The position numbers and the translations under genes were made by a program. Shown in pieces: positions 13,500 to 23,928 of a stretch of 64,000 nucleotides of DNA; within the stretch, counting starts at the first letter, position 1; every line of letters begins with the position of its first letter. This stretch comes from Centroscyllium fabricii (lineage: Eukaryota): positions 212,288,001 to 212,352,000 of the forward strand of contig JBNRSN020000003.1 of NCBI GenBank assembly GCA_051313645.2, given 5' to 3'. The notes below the pieces were generated by a model. That model saw nothing but the letters and a program-made list of their open reading frames with translations. It was not told where the DNA came from and made no database searches.

Positions 13500-14084
13500 T
13501 ATCCGGTTCCGGCCGCATTGGCCGTCATGGAGGGGACCTCCTCCTCGAATCAAAGTTAAATTGGCCGCCATCCGTCCATGAGGAATGCCGGGAGGAGCCC
13601 AGCATGGACGGCAGGATGAGAAAGGCAGTTGGGAGCGAGCAGGGGAACGGGGAGCCCGGAGGACTCGGGGAGCCGGCAAGACGCCGGGCTGAGGGCTAGG
13701 CCTCAGGCCTCCGGGCGCTGCTCCCGGAGCTCGGTGGACTCGGCTGGAGCCGCGAGGCAAGGGACCAGGGCCGTCTAACGGGCCCCCGGAGCCCAGGTCT
13801 TCGAGATGATTCAGGGGAGTGAGTAAAACTACAGAAGAAGGGCGGCGAGTGAAACAGCAGAAAGGACTTTAAGAACTTTGCGTGCAGGAGAGGCTGGAGC
13901 GGTGCGAAAACGGGACTTGTGATTGATGGCGCTGGTGAGGTGGCTGCCGTCTCACGGGCTCCGTCGTGTCGGGCAGCTTAGTGTTCTTTGTTGCGCGGTG
14001 CGTTCGAACCGTGAAAAAAGCATTTCACTGTCTAGATTACACTTGTTGTATTTAGTACACGTGACAAATAAAAAAAAATTGAAA
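13500..14084 (+). mobile_element. CpG-rich non-autonomous retroposon-like insertion with a LINE-type 3' tail
   Basis: Abrupt GC/CpG-rich block in AT-rich DNA, ending atttcactgt...gtacacgtgacaaataaaaaaaaattgaa. This resembles the tgacaataaaacttgaa tail of the Rex1/Babar copies in this window. Confidence 0.55.
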
Positions 14085-14512
14085 TATTACCCTTCAATAT
14101 CCTGTTTTAAAATTCAGTAGATAACATTCTTACAACTACTAGGCCATAACTCTACTGTGGTAAATGCTGTTTCTGCATAATTCATGCCTCCTATTTTCCT
14201 GTTGGGTATTGTGTTTTTGTTGAGTTGGTATAATATTTAAGTTTTTATGTTCTTATCTCAAGTAATAACTTTGTTAGTGACTCTTTAAAATATTGTGTTT
14301 TAATGATGTCTCCATCAAGACGTCATCTTCCCTGAACAGTTGGGCAACAAAATCATATTTATCTGGCAAAGTCATTTATATGAATTGAAAGCCTAGAAAT
14401 TTTGCATAGGGAATGATCTCTGCACCGGAAAGGATTGGACCAAGGCCCAGCCGATATTTGGCCTCGTTTACATGAGACTGGTGAGCTATAGACACCTGCT
14501 GGACCTCACCAG

Positions 14513-14746
14513 AATGTGGAGGTGCCGGTGTTGGACTGGGGTGGACAAATGCAAGAAGTCACACAACACCAGATTATAGTCCAATGGTTTTATTTTAAAT
14601 CACAAGCTTTCGGAGCGCTGCTCCTTCGTCAAGGTGAAAGAGAGAGCTCTCTCTTTCACCTTGACGAAGGAGCAGCGCTCCGAAAGCTTGTGATTTAAAA
14701 TAAAACCGTTGGACTATAATCTGGTGTTGTGTGACTTCTTGCATTT
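14513..14746. mobile_element. Penelope-like family A fold-back (palindromic) copy
   Basis: Inverted arms centred at 14646/14647 (agagag|ctctct). 11-bp TSD gacctcaccag (14502-14512, 14747-14757). Confidence 0.9.
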
Positions 14747-15130
14747 GACCTCACCAGGGAAGAGCATTTCAATTTTGGGCCACCCTCGGGTAGGTCCTGC
14801 AGAGGTTGGGGGGAAGTGAGTAAGCGACCGGGAGGGGGCCGGCAGTGGTCTTCGGCACTGCAGTGGAGACGGGACGAGCACTACTGCACATCCCGACTCT
14901 ACATTCAGTCAAGTATTTTAAAAAAACGTACCTTTTTAGATGGCGGTCTCCAGTGGTCACTTTAAGGATCGCTAGTTACGCTGCTTGTGGACCACATTTT
15001 CCTGAATACAGCTGCTGAGCACCGGCTGCGTTCAGACAAGGCCCACTTTACAAAGGGGGCCTCAAACAGACGAGGCACTGTAGGATTGCTGACAACTGTG
15101 AATTGTATGGTAGCACAAGTCACTGGTTTC

Positions 15131-15310
15131 AACAACAACTTGCTTTTATTTAACGCTTTTAACATAGCAAAATGCCCCAATGCATTTCATGGAGGTGTAA
15201 GTAACAATGGACACCGAGGTGAAGAAGGGTGCAAAGAGGTGGGTTTTAAAGAGGGTCTTAAAGGAGGTGAGGGAGGTGCAGGGACAGAGAGGGGCTTAGT
15301 GAGGGAGGTT
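15131..15310 (-). mobile_element. L2-type LINE 3' end fragment
   Basis: aacaacaacttgcttttatttaacgctttt...gcaaaatgccccaatgcatttca...ggttttaaagagggtcttaaaggagg resembles the reverse complement of an L2 3' tail. The same tail type ends the Deu-SINE copies here. Confidence 0.6.
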
Positions 15311-16910
15311 AGGTGGGTGAAGAGAGCTGTGTACAGTACTGAGGAGAGGGAGCCATTTACACTGTCGCTAGCATGGAGGCCACACGTGGTTACAAGTGGA
15401 GGTGAGAAAACTAGAAAGAACATCAACATTCAATGAATGCAGCAGACAGGAAGAACTCTGAAAATATATATAGAAATAAATTCAATTTTTTTTACCAAGT
15501 TCTAATGAATATGACATTTAAAAAATGCACCACAATGATATTTCATTTTTTAGCCTCCTGGCCAATTGTTTTCAGGGTGGTGACGGTAAAGGCTGGAATT
15601 TACAATTACTTCTATTGTGCAGTAGGACTGCAGCAGCTTGGGTTCTATGCAAGAAATCCAGATCACTGCAGTTTGTGACGAGATCAGTTTACCATGAGCT
15701 GGCTGGGACATGAATTGGGGACATATTCCTGATTAAGGTTGGGTGCAGTAGCCGAATACTTTTAAAAGTGCTTTTATGTTTTCATAGTGCAGTGGACAGT
15801 GCCCGCAATGTTCTCCCACTGTTCGCTGCACTTGAAAATGTAAAAGATAACCGTTTACCTTATTCTGGAAGCAGCAGAGACCCACTTTTCTGGAGGTCTT
15901 GTGAATAAGCTGCTGGATTCACTGGGCTCCGGTTCTGGCTGGCATTTGCTTGGGAATACAGCTGGTGAGATGTAAGTGGTGGAAAATGGTACTTGGAGCT
16001 GACATCACAATGCTCTCTTGAACCCAAAGCAGCAACGTCAAAGTGCTATAATTCAGCTCTTGACCAGATTCTGCAGATTATGGCCATTAGTTCAGTGCTG
16101 TTGTGTGGAAGGAGATTGCGTGCCCGTATGCAAAAAATACTAAAAGAAGATTAAGCAGAGTAGCCTGGGGATGTAGAGGCTCAGTTTGCACCATTGCTGA
16201 ATGCTCGCAAGTTGATTCCAAATGGGGTGGCTGATGTTCCATGTTTGAGGAGTCTTTCCAGTTCTTAATTTACGCCAGAGGCAGCCTACTGTACTTTGGC
16301 CCCAATTTAAAAAAATAAAAAACATGACAATGGAGGCATTGTTCCACCCTGCATAGGACACTAAACATCTTCTACACACTGACTGCTGCAAATAGGACAC
16401 CAGAAGATGGTGATCAGCAATGGCCCTGTACCATTAGCTGCAGACTGTTGGCTTCCTGGCCAGCAGAGCATGAGCTTTGCTCCTACTTTTATCTTACACA
16501 AGTGTAACAGCAGATGGTTTCTGGAGCAAAATTCCTGATCACCTGGTTAGGAAGCCAACCGTCTGCAGCTTATCATAAATGGTAATTGCTGGTCAACATC
16601 TTGACCAGGTGTCCACAAGAACAAATTACTTTAAACTGTAGTGCAGCCACATTTGTACAAGTCTTAGGGACTGAAATCGGGCTGTGCAAATTTAGTAATG
16701 AATTTAGCACCTTTGCATGAAATTCCTTTGCTATTTTAACAAAGGTGTTGACCCCTGTCAAACTATAATGCCTGGGTCTAGACCTGCATCAAGAGAGGGT
16801 TCAGAGCAAGTTACCTAAGCAGTGTGAGGCTGGACAATGGTGTTGGTATGAGGCGATCTTAAAATGGAAAACAACAGTTTTAATCTATATAGTGCTGCTC
16901 ACTTGCATAA

Positions 16911-17022
16911 GGCAAAAGCTCCGAAAGCTTGTGATTTAAAATAAAACGTTGGACTTTAAACCTGGTGTTGTGTGACTTTTTGCATTTGTCCACCCCAGTC
17001 CAACACCGGCACCTTCGCATTA
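16911..17022 (+). mobile_element. Penelope-like family A, short 3'-terminal copy
   Basis: ggcaaaagctccgaaagcttgtga...caacaccggcaccttcgcatta with 11-bp TSD cacttgcataa (16900-16910, 17023-17033). Confidence 0.85.
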
Positions 17023-18390
17023 CACTTGCATAAAGACAGGGTGAAAAAAACAGTTGCTGACCCTACAGGGGTAATCCTGCGCTGCCACTCAACAGGACCA
17101 CGGGTCACAGAGTCAAGGCTACCTTGTTGTAGGCCTACCTCCCACCTGCACTCCAGTCAAGCTGGGCTTCCTCACTGCGACCACGTCTTAAGGAATCACC
17201 CCTTCTGGGCAAGGCAACAGCTTGGTGACAGGCGAGTCTGCCATGATTGTTTCAGTGTTGTCTTTGAAGAGATTAAACTGTACAATTTTCATATAGAACT
17301 TTCCCAGATTAAATTCTTCAAACACATTGAGAAAGATCACAGTGGGCCCGGTGTCTGGCGCCATGTTTGATTCTGCCGAGCAGGCGGTTTGTTTACATCT
17401 GGATGAGACTGACTTTTAATATTGTTGGGAGCACTGTCAGATCAGCAGTTAATTTGAATTGAATTAGAATTTTCTTTCTGTGGATCAATGGCTTCTCTCA
17501 CGAGAAGCTGCTTAAAATGACCACCTGCATTCACAGCACAAAGCACTAGATTCCCAGCCCACTGTTCTCCCAATAAACATATTGGTTGACAAGGCGTTAA
17601 TTGTGTTAACTTTTCAATGCAAGTTATGCAAGAGTTTTGTAAGAAAAGAAAAACATTTTAAACTGGTATAAATTTCTGAAATGTAAAAGAAACATTTTCA
17701 AAACAACCTTGTCCAGCCATTTGGATATCCCCTCATTAAAATTACACAATCAAGAATGTATAAATCAAACAAGTACTAAATGTCTGACTGTAGAAATATA
17801 TCTGAGAAAAATCCTTTCACCCGCTTCCAGCATTAATGGCAATTACCAATGCAAACAATAAACAAGGCTCTAATGGAAGGCCCTGACCAGCCTTTCAAAT
17901 GAAAACAAGCAACAATCTGTGACAAATTATAAAAGAGCAAAGGGCATCCTAAACAGCCAGCATAGAAACACCTTACTGGAAAGAAAATCCCACCTTGAAC
18001 GTCTCGGGTGCAGTTCAGTAGAGACTGAGTTAGGGGAAAATTAAAGACATATTCCCTCCCTTTGATCAGTTATTTTTTTTTTGCCTCTGAAATGTTTCTT
18101 CCTGTCAGTGGTGTGTGTTTCTGGTTTCTCTATTCTCCTGCTATGCTCTGTCCATCTGGGATTCATCCATTATTTACCCCACCTAGTCACAGCAGCCACT
18201 GTACCAAAAGAATGGAATTCTTCCTCTTGGGGTTAAGACTTAAAGCAGATTCGAAATATTTAATAGGATGAAAGTGACCATAGGAAAATCTGATCACGCG
18301 CACCATTTTAACTGAGGAACCTCGGAATTAAAGTAAGGAATATGGTCGTCACTTTTTGCCAACTTCAAAATCAAATAGGGAGTGGGTAAG

Positions 18391-18599
18391 CAAATGCAAG
18401 AAGTCACACAACACCTGGTTATAGTCCAACAGTTTTATTTTAAATCACAAGCTTTCGAAGCGCTGCTCCTTCGTCACCTGAGGAAGGAGCAGCGCTTCGA
18501 AAGCTTGTGATTTAAAATAAAACTGTTGGACTATAACCTGGTGTTGTGTGACTTCTTGCATTTGTCCACCCCAGTCCAACACTGGCACCTCCACATCAT
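18391..18599. mobile_element. Penelope-like family A fold-back copy (first of two adjacent insertions)
   Basis: Inverted arms around ~18475. Left flank ggagtgggtaag (18379-18390) recurs at 19490-19501. Confidence 0.85.
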
Positions 18600-18606
18600 G
18601 GAGTGG

Positions 18607-19483
18607 TGATGTGGAGGTGCCGGTGTTGGACTGGGGTGGACAAATGTAAGAAGTCACACAACACCAGATTATAGTCCAACAGTTTTATTTTAAATCACAA
18701 GCTTTCGGAGCTTTTGCCCCTTCGTCAGGTGACAGAGAGAGACTGACTTGAAGAACGCATATATGGAACGAAGGGAGAAATCCGATCTCGCCCACATCTC
18801 ACCTTAGCAGAGCTAGACAGAGCACACAAAGGCATATTAACATATTCTAAGAGATTCATTTAAACATAGCATATATATAGAGAGAGAACAATGTGGTCTC
18901 TCCCGCTGTTTCACATCACACCTCAGCTGAGGGACATCAAAGCAATCAAAAGTGTTCTAACATATCAGTCAGCCTGAGATCAAAGGGTGCAGTCACAAAG
19001 GGTCAAACGATACAGTCTGCTATCCTTGAAAATCCCACAGAATGATTTTTTTTTAAAAACAAGGATTTTTCTTACTTAAAATCGCAGAACAAGCCAAAGA
19101 TGGTTCGAGTCTGGATGACTCTACGTCAGGCGGGGTCACATGTAGCGCGACATAAAACCAATATCACAGTTGAGGCCGTGCTCATGGGTGCGGAACTTGG
19201 CTATCAGCCTCTGCTCGACGATTTTGTGTTGTCGTGTGTCTCGAAGGCCACCCTGGAGAATGCTCACCTGAAGATCGGAAGCCGAATGTCCTATACGCCT
19301 TTGTGTGCTCTGTCTAGCACTGCTAAGGTGAGATGTGGGCGAGATCGGATTTCTCCCTTCGTTCCATATGTGCGTTCTTCAAGTCAGTCTCTCTCTTTCA
19401 ACTGACGAAGGGGCAAAAGCTCCGAAAGCTTGTGATTTAAAATAAAACTGTTGGACTATAATCTGGTGTTGTGTGACTTCTTG
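18607..19483 (-). mobile_element. Penelope-like family A, longer copy: endonuclease C-terminus, 3' UTR, hammerhead, and an inverted 3' copy at the 5' end
   Basis: 19292-19483 is the inverted copy of ~18645-18835. Flanked by catcatggagtgg (18594-18606, 19484-19496). Confidence 0.88.
19136..19291 (-). pseudogene. C-terminal fragment of a Penelope-like ORF (GIY-YIG endonuclease end)
   Basis: My translation: GHSASDLQVSILQGGLRDTRQHKIVEQRLIAKFRTHEHGLNCDIGFMSRYM*. The E...I..F.T...GLN pattern is typical of the end of PLE GIY-YIG domains. Confidence 0.8.
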
Positions 19484-19910
19484 CATCATGGAGTGGGTAA
19501 GGGCAGGGGTCAAACCAGAGAAGAGATGGAATTGTGGTTTGGCCTCTGCTTTGCTGTTAAAGCAAATTCTTAGAGACCTTAATAAATAGTCTTTCCATAC
19601 TGTCAGACAAAGAAGTAAGTGAAAGAAAGTTATTTGAAAGAATTTTTGTGGCTTGTTTTCACATGAAAAAGTCCCAGACAAGCCCACTCAAAAAATGGAC
19701 TCTTACCCAACACTGGATGGGTGGCAATGTTAAAGAGAAGGGAGGTGATATATGTGTGTGGGTGTGGAATCATATATTTGTGTAATAAATTGATTTGAAA
19801 TGCCTTTGGTGCAGATACTTTAGGTGTTCCTTTACCCTCAATAAACACATTTAAAAGTCTGTCTCTCCAAAGCACATGCAAATATATTCATGTCCTCTTC
19901 AAATCTTCTG

Positions 19911-20173
19911 CAAAAAGTCACACAACACCAGATTTATAGTCCAACGGTTTTATTTTAAATCACAAGCTTTCGGAGCTTTTGCCCCTTCGTCAGGTGAACA
20001 AAGAGAGACTGAACTCAAAGATCTTTGAGTTCAGTCTCTCTTTGTTCACCTGACGAAGGGGCAAAAGCTCCGAAAGCTTGTGATTTAAAATAAAACCGTT
20101 GGACTATAAATCTGGTGTGTGACTTTTTGCATTTGTCCACCCCAGTCCAACACCGGCACCTCCACATTATGGC
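19911..20173. mobile_element. Penelope-like family A fold-back copy containing a perfect 194-bp palindrome
   Basis: 19925-20118 is a spacer-less palindrome centred at 20021/20022. 12-bp TSD tcaaatcttctg (19899-19910, 20174-20185). Confidence 0.92.
20046..20083 (+). ncRNA. Minimal type I hammerhead ribozyme motif (Penelope family A, representative copy)
   Basis: UCAC-CUGACGA-A-GGGGC(AAAA)GCUCC-GAAA-GC-UU-GUGA, followed by AATAAA. Variants occur at ~18474-18510 (+), ~18695-18732 (-), ~19398-19435 (+), ~19960-19997 (-) and ~60688-60726 (+). Confidence 0.78.
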
Positions 20174-21682
20174 TCAAATCTTCTGAACAATTAAATTATC
20201 ATACACTTACTTATCTTCACAATACTGGTCCAATATTATTTTCCACCCTGATATTTTTTAGACTTTCTTGGTCCTCAAACTGTTGAAGGAGCTAATTCTA
20301 ATTTTTTTGTTTTCCTTGACACTTCATGTATTGTCTGGCTAAAGCAGTTGTCTGGCTTTCATTTGGCTTTATTCTGCTTGGTGGTTGCCTGCTGATCCTT
20401 GGCACCACTGATCCTGCTGCTGTTAGTCTAGTGACTAGAAGCCAATCTATCTCTCAGCAAGTTGTTTATTTTCTGAATACACAGGGAGGAATCCCTGTAA
20501 ATGAGTAAGTGTTACTTTTCACTTATTTCCCAGCCAGCAGGTGGCCAAAAACAATTTTGCCTTAACTACCTTGGCATCTGAAATGTGAACGAAGCTTAAT
20601 CTGTCACCCCCTCCTGTCAGGCCTCCATGAGTATGACTCTATACTCCAGTTATTCTCAGACTGGGACTGTTGCAGTATAATTTTAATTCCTCAAAAATGG
20701 TCAAATGGTTCCAGTCTAGGCTGTTTGAACGAGCCGTACCCCAGCATGGATCAACACCTTCAGGAGAGGATGGGATGGGAAGAAGCAATATCCTTATTGC
20801 ATATTGGTGTAAAGCTGCACAGATTCTGCCATTTACCCCTTACAGTACCAGATCTGCCCAAAAGTATGCACCATATGTCTAATCGAGTGCCATTTCCCTG
20901 GGACCACTTTATATAACATAAAATTGATGTGACTGGATGGGAAATGAATCATACCTGGGCTCAAATTCATTGACATTTTTGAAGTGTTTTCAGGGAGCAC
21001 AATATGATCTGAAACTTAGCCGGAAAGGGCCGAGGTAATTCTTTATTGTGGATTGTGGTGTGAATCATTATTTGCCTTTCTCTCTGAACAGTTAATTTAA
21101 AGCTACTCACATGTGGTTGGGTGGCACTGCAATTTTACACACGGTCTAGCTCAGACGGATGGGTTGCATGTCTTCCCTCTCTGATAGCTGCAGCTGTCTT
21201 ATAGGAAATGAGTTTGGACAGTCTAGGCCCAGTTCCTGGTAGATGCAGGAAACAGCACATAATTGCTCATACCAAATTGCAGTCTTATTTAGAGAGGCCA
21301 TAAAGGTGATTTGGGAAATGGAAAATTGCATACTGCTATGGATGGGGATACTGTACAGAGCATGGGCTCGAGTAAAAATGACCAGGCAGAGTAAATAGAG
21401 TTGTATGCTTCATCTGGCCTATGCTGTGGCTAACCTGGGAATACATGACAGCAACACTGGATGTCAAAGTTGGAAAAAGTTTGTTCCATTCCTCAATACA
21501 CATATCCTTAACCATGATCAGCATAATATTTCATGCAAAAATTTATATATAAAACAAATAAGTCTCCACAAGCGTCTTCGCTTTGACTGAATTGAATGAA
21601 TCATTAAACCAGCAGCTGTCATTCTGCTGAGGAAGGGGAGTTGCAAATCACTTCAAAAATCTTCATTTACCACCAGCAACAT

Positions 21683-22704
21683 TTGGCCCAGAAATTAGGC
21701 TCTGAACGCATGAGTACGGACAGGGTACTCACGTGTAGGCCATTTGAAAGTGCCGGTTTCCTGCATACACTGCGCATGCGTGGCAAACTGGCACTTCCGT
21801 TCCCCGAACTAAGGGGTTACAAAGTGAAGTGCGTGCGCATTGCACTTACGCTTTTTTTTCAGGTTTTTCTGTCCGGGTAAGTGAGAAAAAGTTAGACACA
21901 AAAAAACAGCCATAAGGCCTGCTTTTAACAGGGTAAGTGCTGAATTAATTCAAATTTAAAAACATTTCCACAGGTTTATTATTTTTAAATACAGGTTGAG
22001 TACCATTAATCCGGCACGGTCGGGACCAGGCCCGTGCTGGAAAAGTGAAAACTCCGAACGATTGAAGCTTCGGCGAGCGCATGCGCAGACCATTCAAAAT
22101 GGCCACTGTGAAAGGCCGGTGGCCATTTTGAATGGTCTGCGCATGCGCTCATCGTTCGGGAAGGCCTGGGCATGCGCAGCCAAGCGCGGTGGCCATTTTG
22201 CGCATGCGCAGATCAGTCGGCTGCATTCGTTCCAGATGACTGAAGTTGCCGGATTAACAGTGTCCGGATTAACGGTGCTCAACCTGTACTTTAAAGAAAG
22301 GTAAGTTCACTTTTAGCCCCGTGAGGAAAAATAATTAATTTTTTCCAAAAATTTAAATTATTGTTTAAAATAGTTATTTCATGTAATTTATAGTTATTTT
22401 ACAAATGTGATTTTAAAAAAATTATTTGAAGTTTCAGTGATGTTTTGGGGCTTGTAGTTTTCATAGTTTTGACAGCTCTTCCGGTCAAACTTATGAATGG
22501 AGCATTCTCTGATCGGATTGGCTCTCCATGGCCCACGTGATCCATCGCACTAACTGCGCTGCTGGGATACGCGAGCACAGCGCGCCGGCAGTTGAAGCAG
22601 GCCCCAGGTCGGAATTCCACGTGGCCTCACAGCTCAACAGTAAGGTAATTGCAGGTTGGAGGCTTACACACGCGGGAAGCCTCAAACCCAAATTTCTGGG
22701 CCAA
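21683..22704. mobile_element. Non-autonomous DNA transposon (MITE, possibly PIF/Harbinger-like)
   Basis: 14-bp terminal inverted repeats ttggcccagaaatt (21683-21696) and aatttctgggccaa (22691-22704). CpG-rich ends, AT-rich middle, no clear TSD. Confidence 0.65.
21992..22286. mobile_element. Tc1/mariner (Tigger/pogo-like) MITE nested in the previous element
   Basis: TIRs caggttgagtaccattaatccgg and ccggattaacggtgctcaacctg, with TA on both sides (21990-21991, 22287-22288). Confidence 0.88.
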
Positions 22705-22804
22705 TATCAAAGAGGAAGGGAGATTTTGATTTGCAACACAAACCTTTCAACAATGCTCAACAATATATTTTACATTTTTTCCATTCTTCAGGCCTGCACC
22801 AGTC

Positions 22805-22885
22805 ACCAGGGTGGCCGAGTGGTTAAGGCGTTGGCTTTAAGATCTAATGATGGTGTCTGCGTTGGTTCGAACCCCACTCGTTGTA
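22805..22885 (+). pseudogene. tRNA-Leu(TAA) pseudogene
   Basis: accagggtggccgagtggttaaggcgttggctttaagatctaatg...ggttcgaaccccactcgttgta follows the vertebrate tRNA-Leu(TAA) pattern, with A and B boxes and the anticodon at 22838-22840. Acceptor and anticodon stems are mismatched. Confidence 0.75.
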
Positions 22886-22937
22886 AATGCTCCGGCAACG
22901 GGGGTTGAAAGTAAAACCTAAAAAACTAATTTATCAG

Positions 22938-23226
22938 AGGGGACGGTAGCATAGTGGTTCTGTTACTGGACTAGTAATCCAGAGGCCTGCACTGATGATC
23001 TGGAGACATGAGTTCAAATCTCACCACGGCAGCTGTGAAATTTAAATTCAGTTAATTAAATAAAATCTGGAATAAAAAGCTAGACCAGTGCCAGTAATGA
23101 CTATGACCATCTGGTATAGGAATTAATGGTGACAGTACTACTGGATTGTCATTAAAAACTGTGTGGTTCGCTAACCTCCTTTAGGGGAAGGAAATCTGCT
23201 GCCCTTGCCCGGTCTGGCCTATATGT
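22938..23226 (+). mobile_element. tRNA-derived SINE (unnamed family), cut off by the HE1 insertion
   Basis: A-box-like tagcatagtgg and B-box-like gagttcaaatc, followed by a non-tRNA body. Confidence 0.65.
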
Positions 23227-23227
23227 C

Positions 23228-23619
23228 AGGGCAGCACGGTGGCACAGTGGTTAGCATTGTTGTCTCACAGCACTGGAGACCCGGGTTCAAATCCAGCCTT
23301 GGGTACTATCTGTGTGGAGTTTGCACATTCTCCCCGTGTCTGCGTGGGTTTCCTCCCACAGTCCAAAGATGTGCGGGTTAGGTTGATTGGCCATGATAAA
23401 TTGACCCTTAGTGTTAGGGGGTTTGAATATGTGGGGTTACGGGGATAGGGTGGGATATGTGTCGATGGAGGCTCGATAGGGATCGAGGGATATGGGGAGA
23501 GGGCAGGGGCGGGGTGCTGGGTTTGGATGATCAGCCATGATCTCATTGAATGGCGGAGCAGGCTCGAAGGGCCGAATGGCCTACTCCTGCTCCTAGTTTC
23601 TATGTTTCTATGTTTCTAT
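23228..23619 (+). mobile_element. HE1-type SINE (tRNA head, V-domain core, CR1/HER1 tail), near full length
   Basis: gggcagcacggtggcacagtggttagc head, tgtgtggagtttgcacattctccccgtgtctgcgtgggtttcctcc V-SINE core, and a 3' end shared with the CR1 copies finishing in (tttctatg)n. Confidence 0.9.
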
Positions 23620-23800
23620 CAGTTAAGTGAGCAGGGAGGCAAACTCAATGCCATTCCTAAAGCAGCTCCCAGACGTTGGTCATGAGTTGTAAGGACTGCT
23701 CATAGCCTAGTGGGATTTTCATCTCTCTTCAAGAAGAGCACTCTATTTTGTTTTCACTGAGTACCTCTCCAGTGCAGCCCGGCTGAGCTTAGAAACTCAC

Positions 23801-23928
23801 TGGGGTAGATCTTGACTTTGTGCGCTAGTGTAAACCGGGTGATAGTGAGTCAGCCACCCTTTGTACATCTCTCCTGATTTTTGTTTCTGTTGCATCATCC
23901 GTTTTGCACAAATTCAAGATCTACCCCA
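23801..23928. mobile_element. 128-bp MITE
   Basis: 23-bp terminal inverted repeat with one mismatch: tggggtagatcttgactttgtgc and gcacaaattcaagatctacccca. Confidence 0.75.

Noticed and set aside
14513-20173. Recurrent palindromic repeats resembling a CRISPR array or REP elements
   Set aside because: Eukaryotic context, no regular repeat-spacer period and no cas genes. TSDs and a GIY-YIG fragment identify them as Penelope-like insertions.
22805-22885. Functional tRNA-Leu(TAA) gene
   Set aside because: Several mismatches in the acceptor and anticodon stems and no nearby T-run terminator, so it is called a pseudogene.
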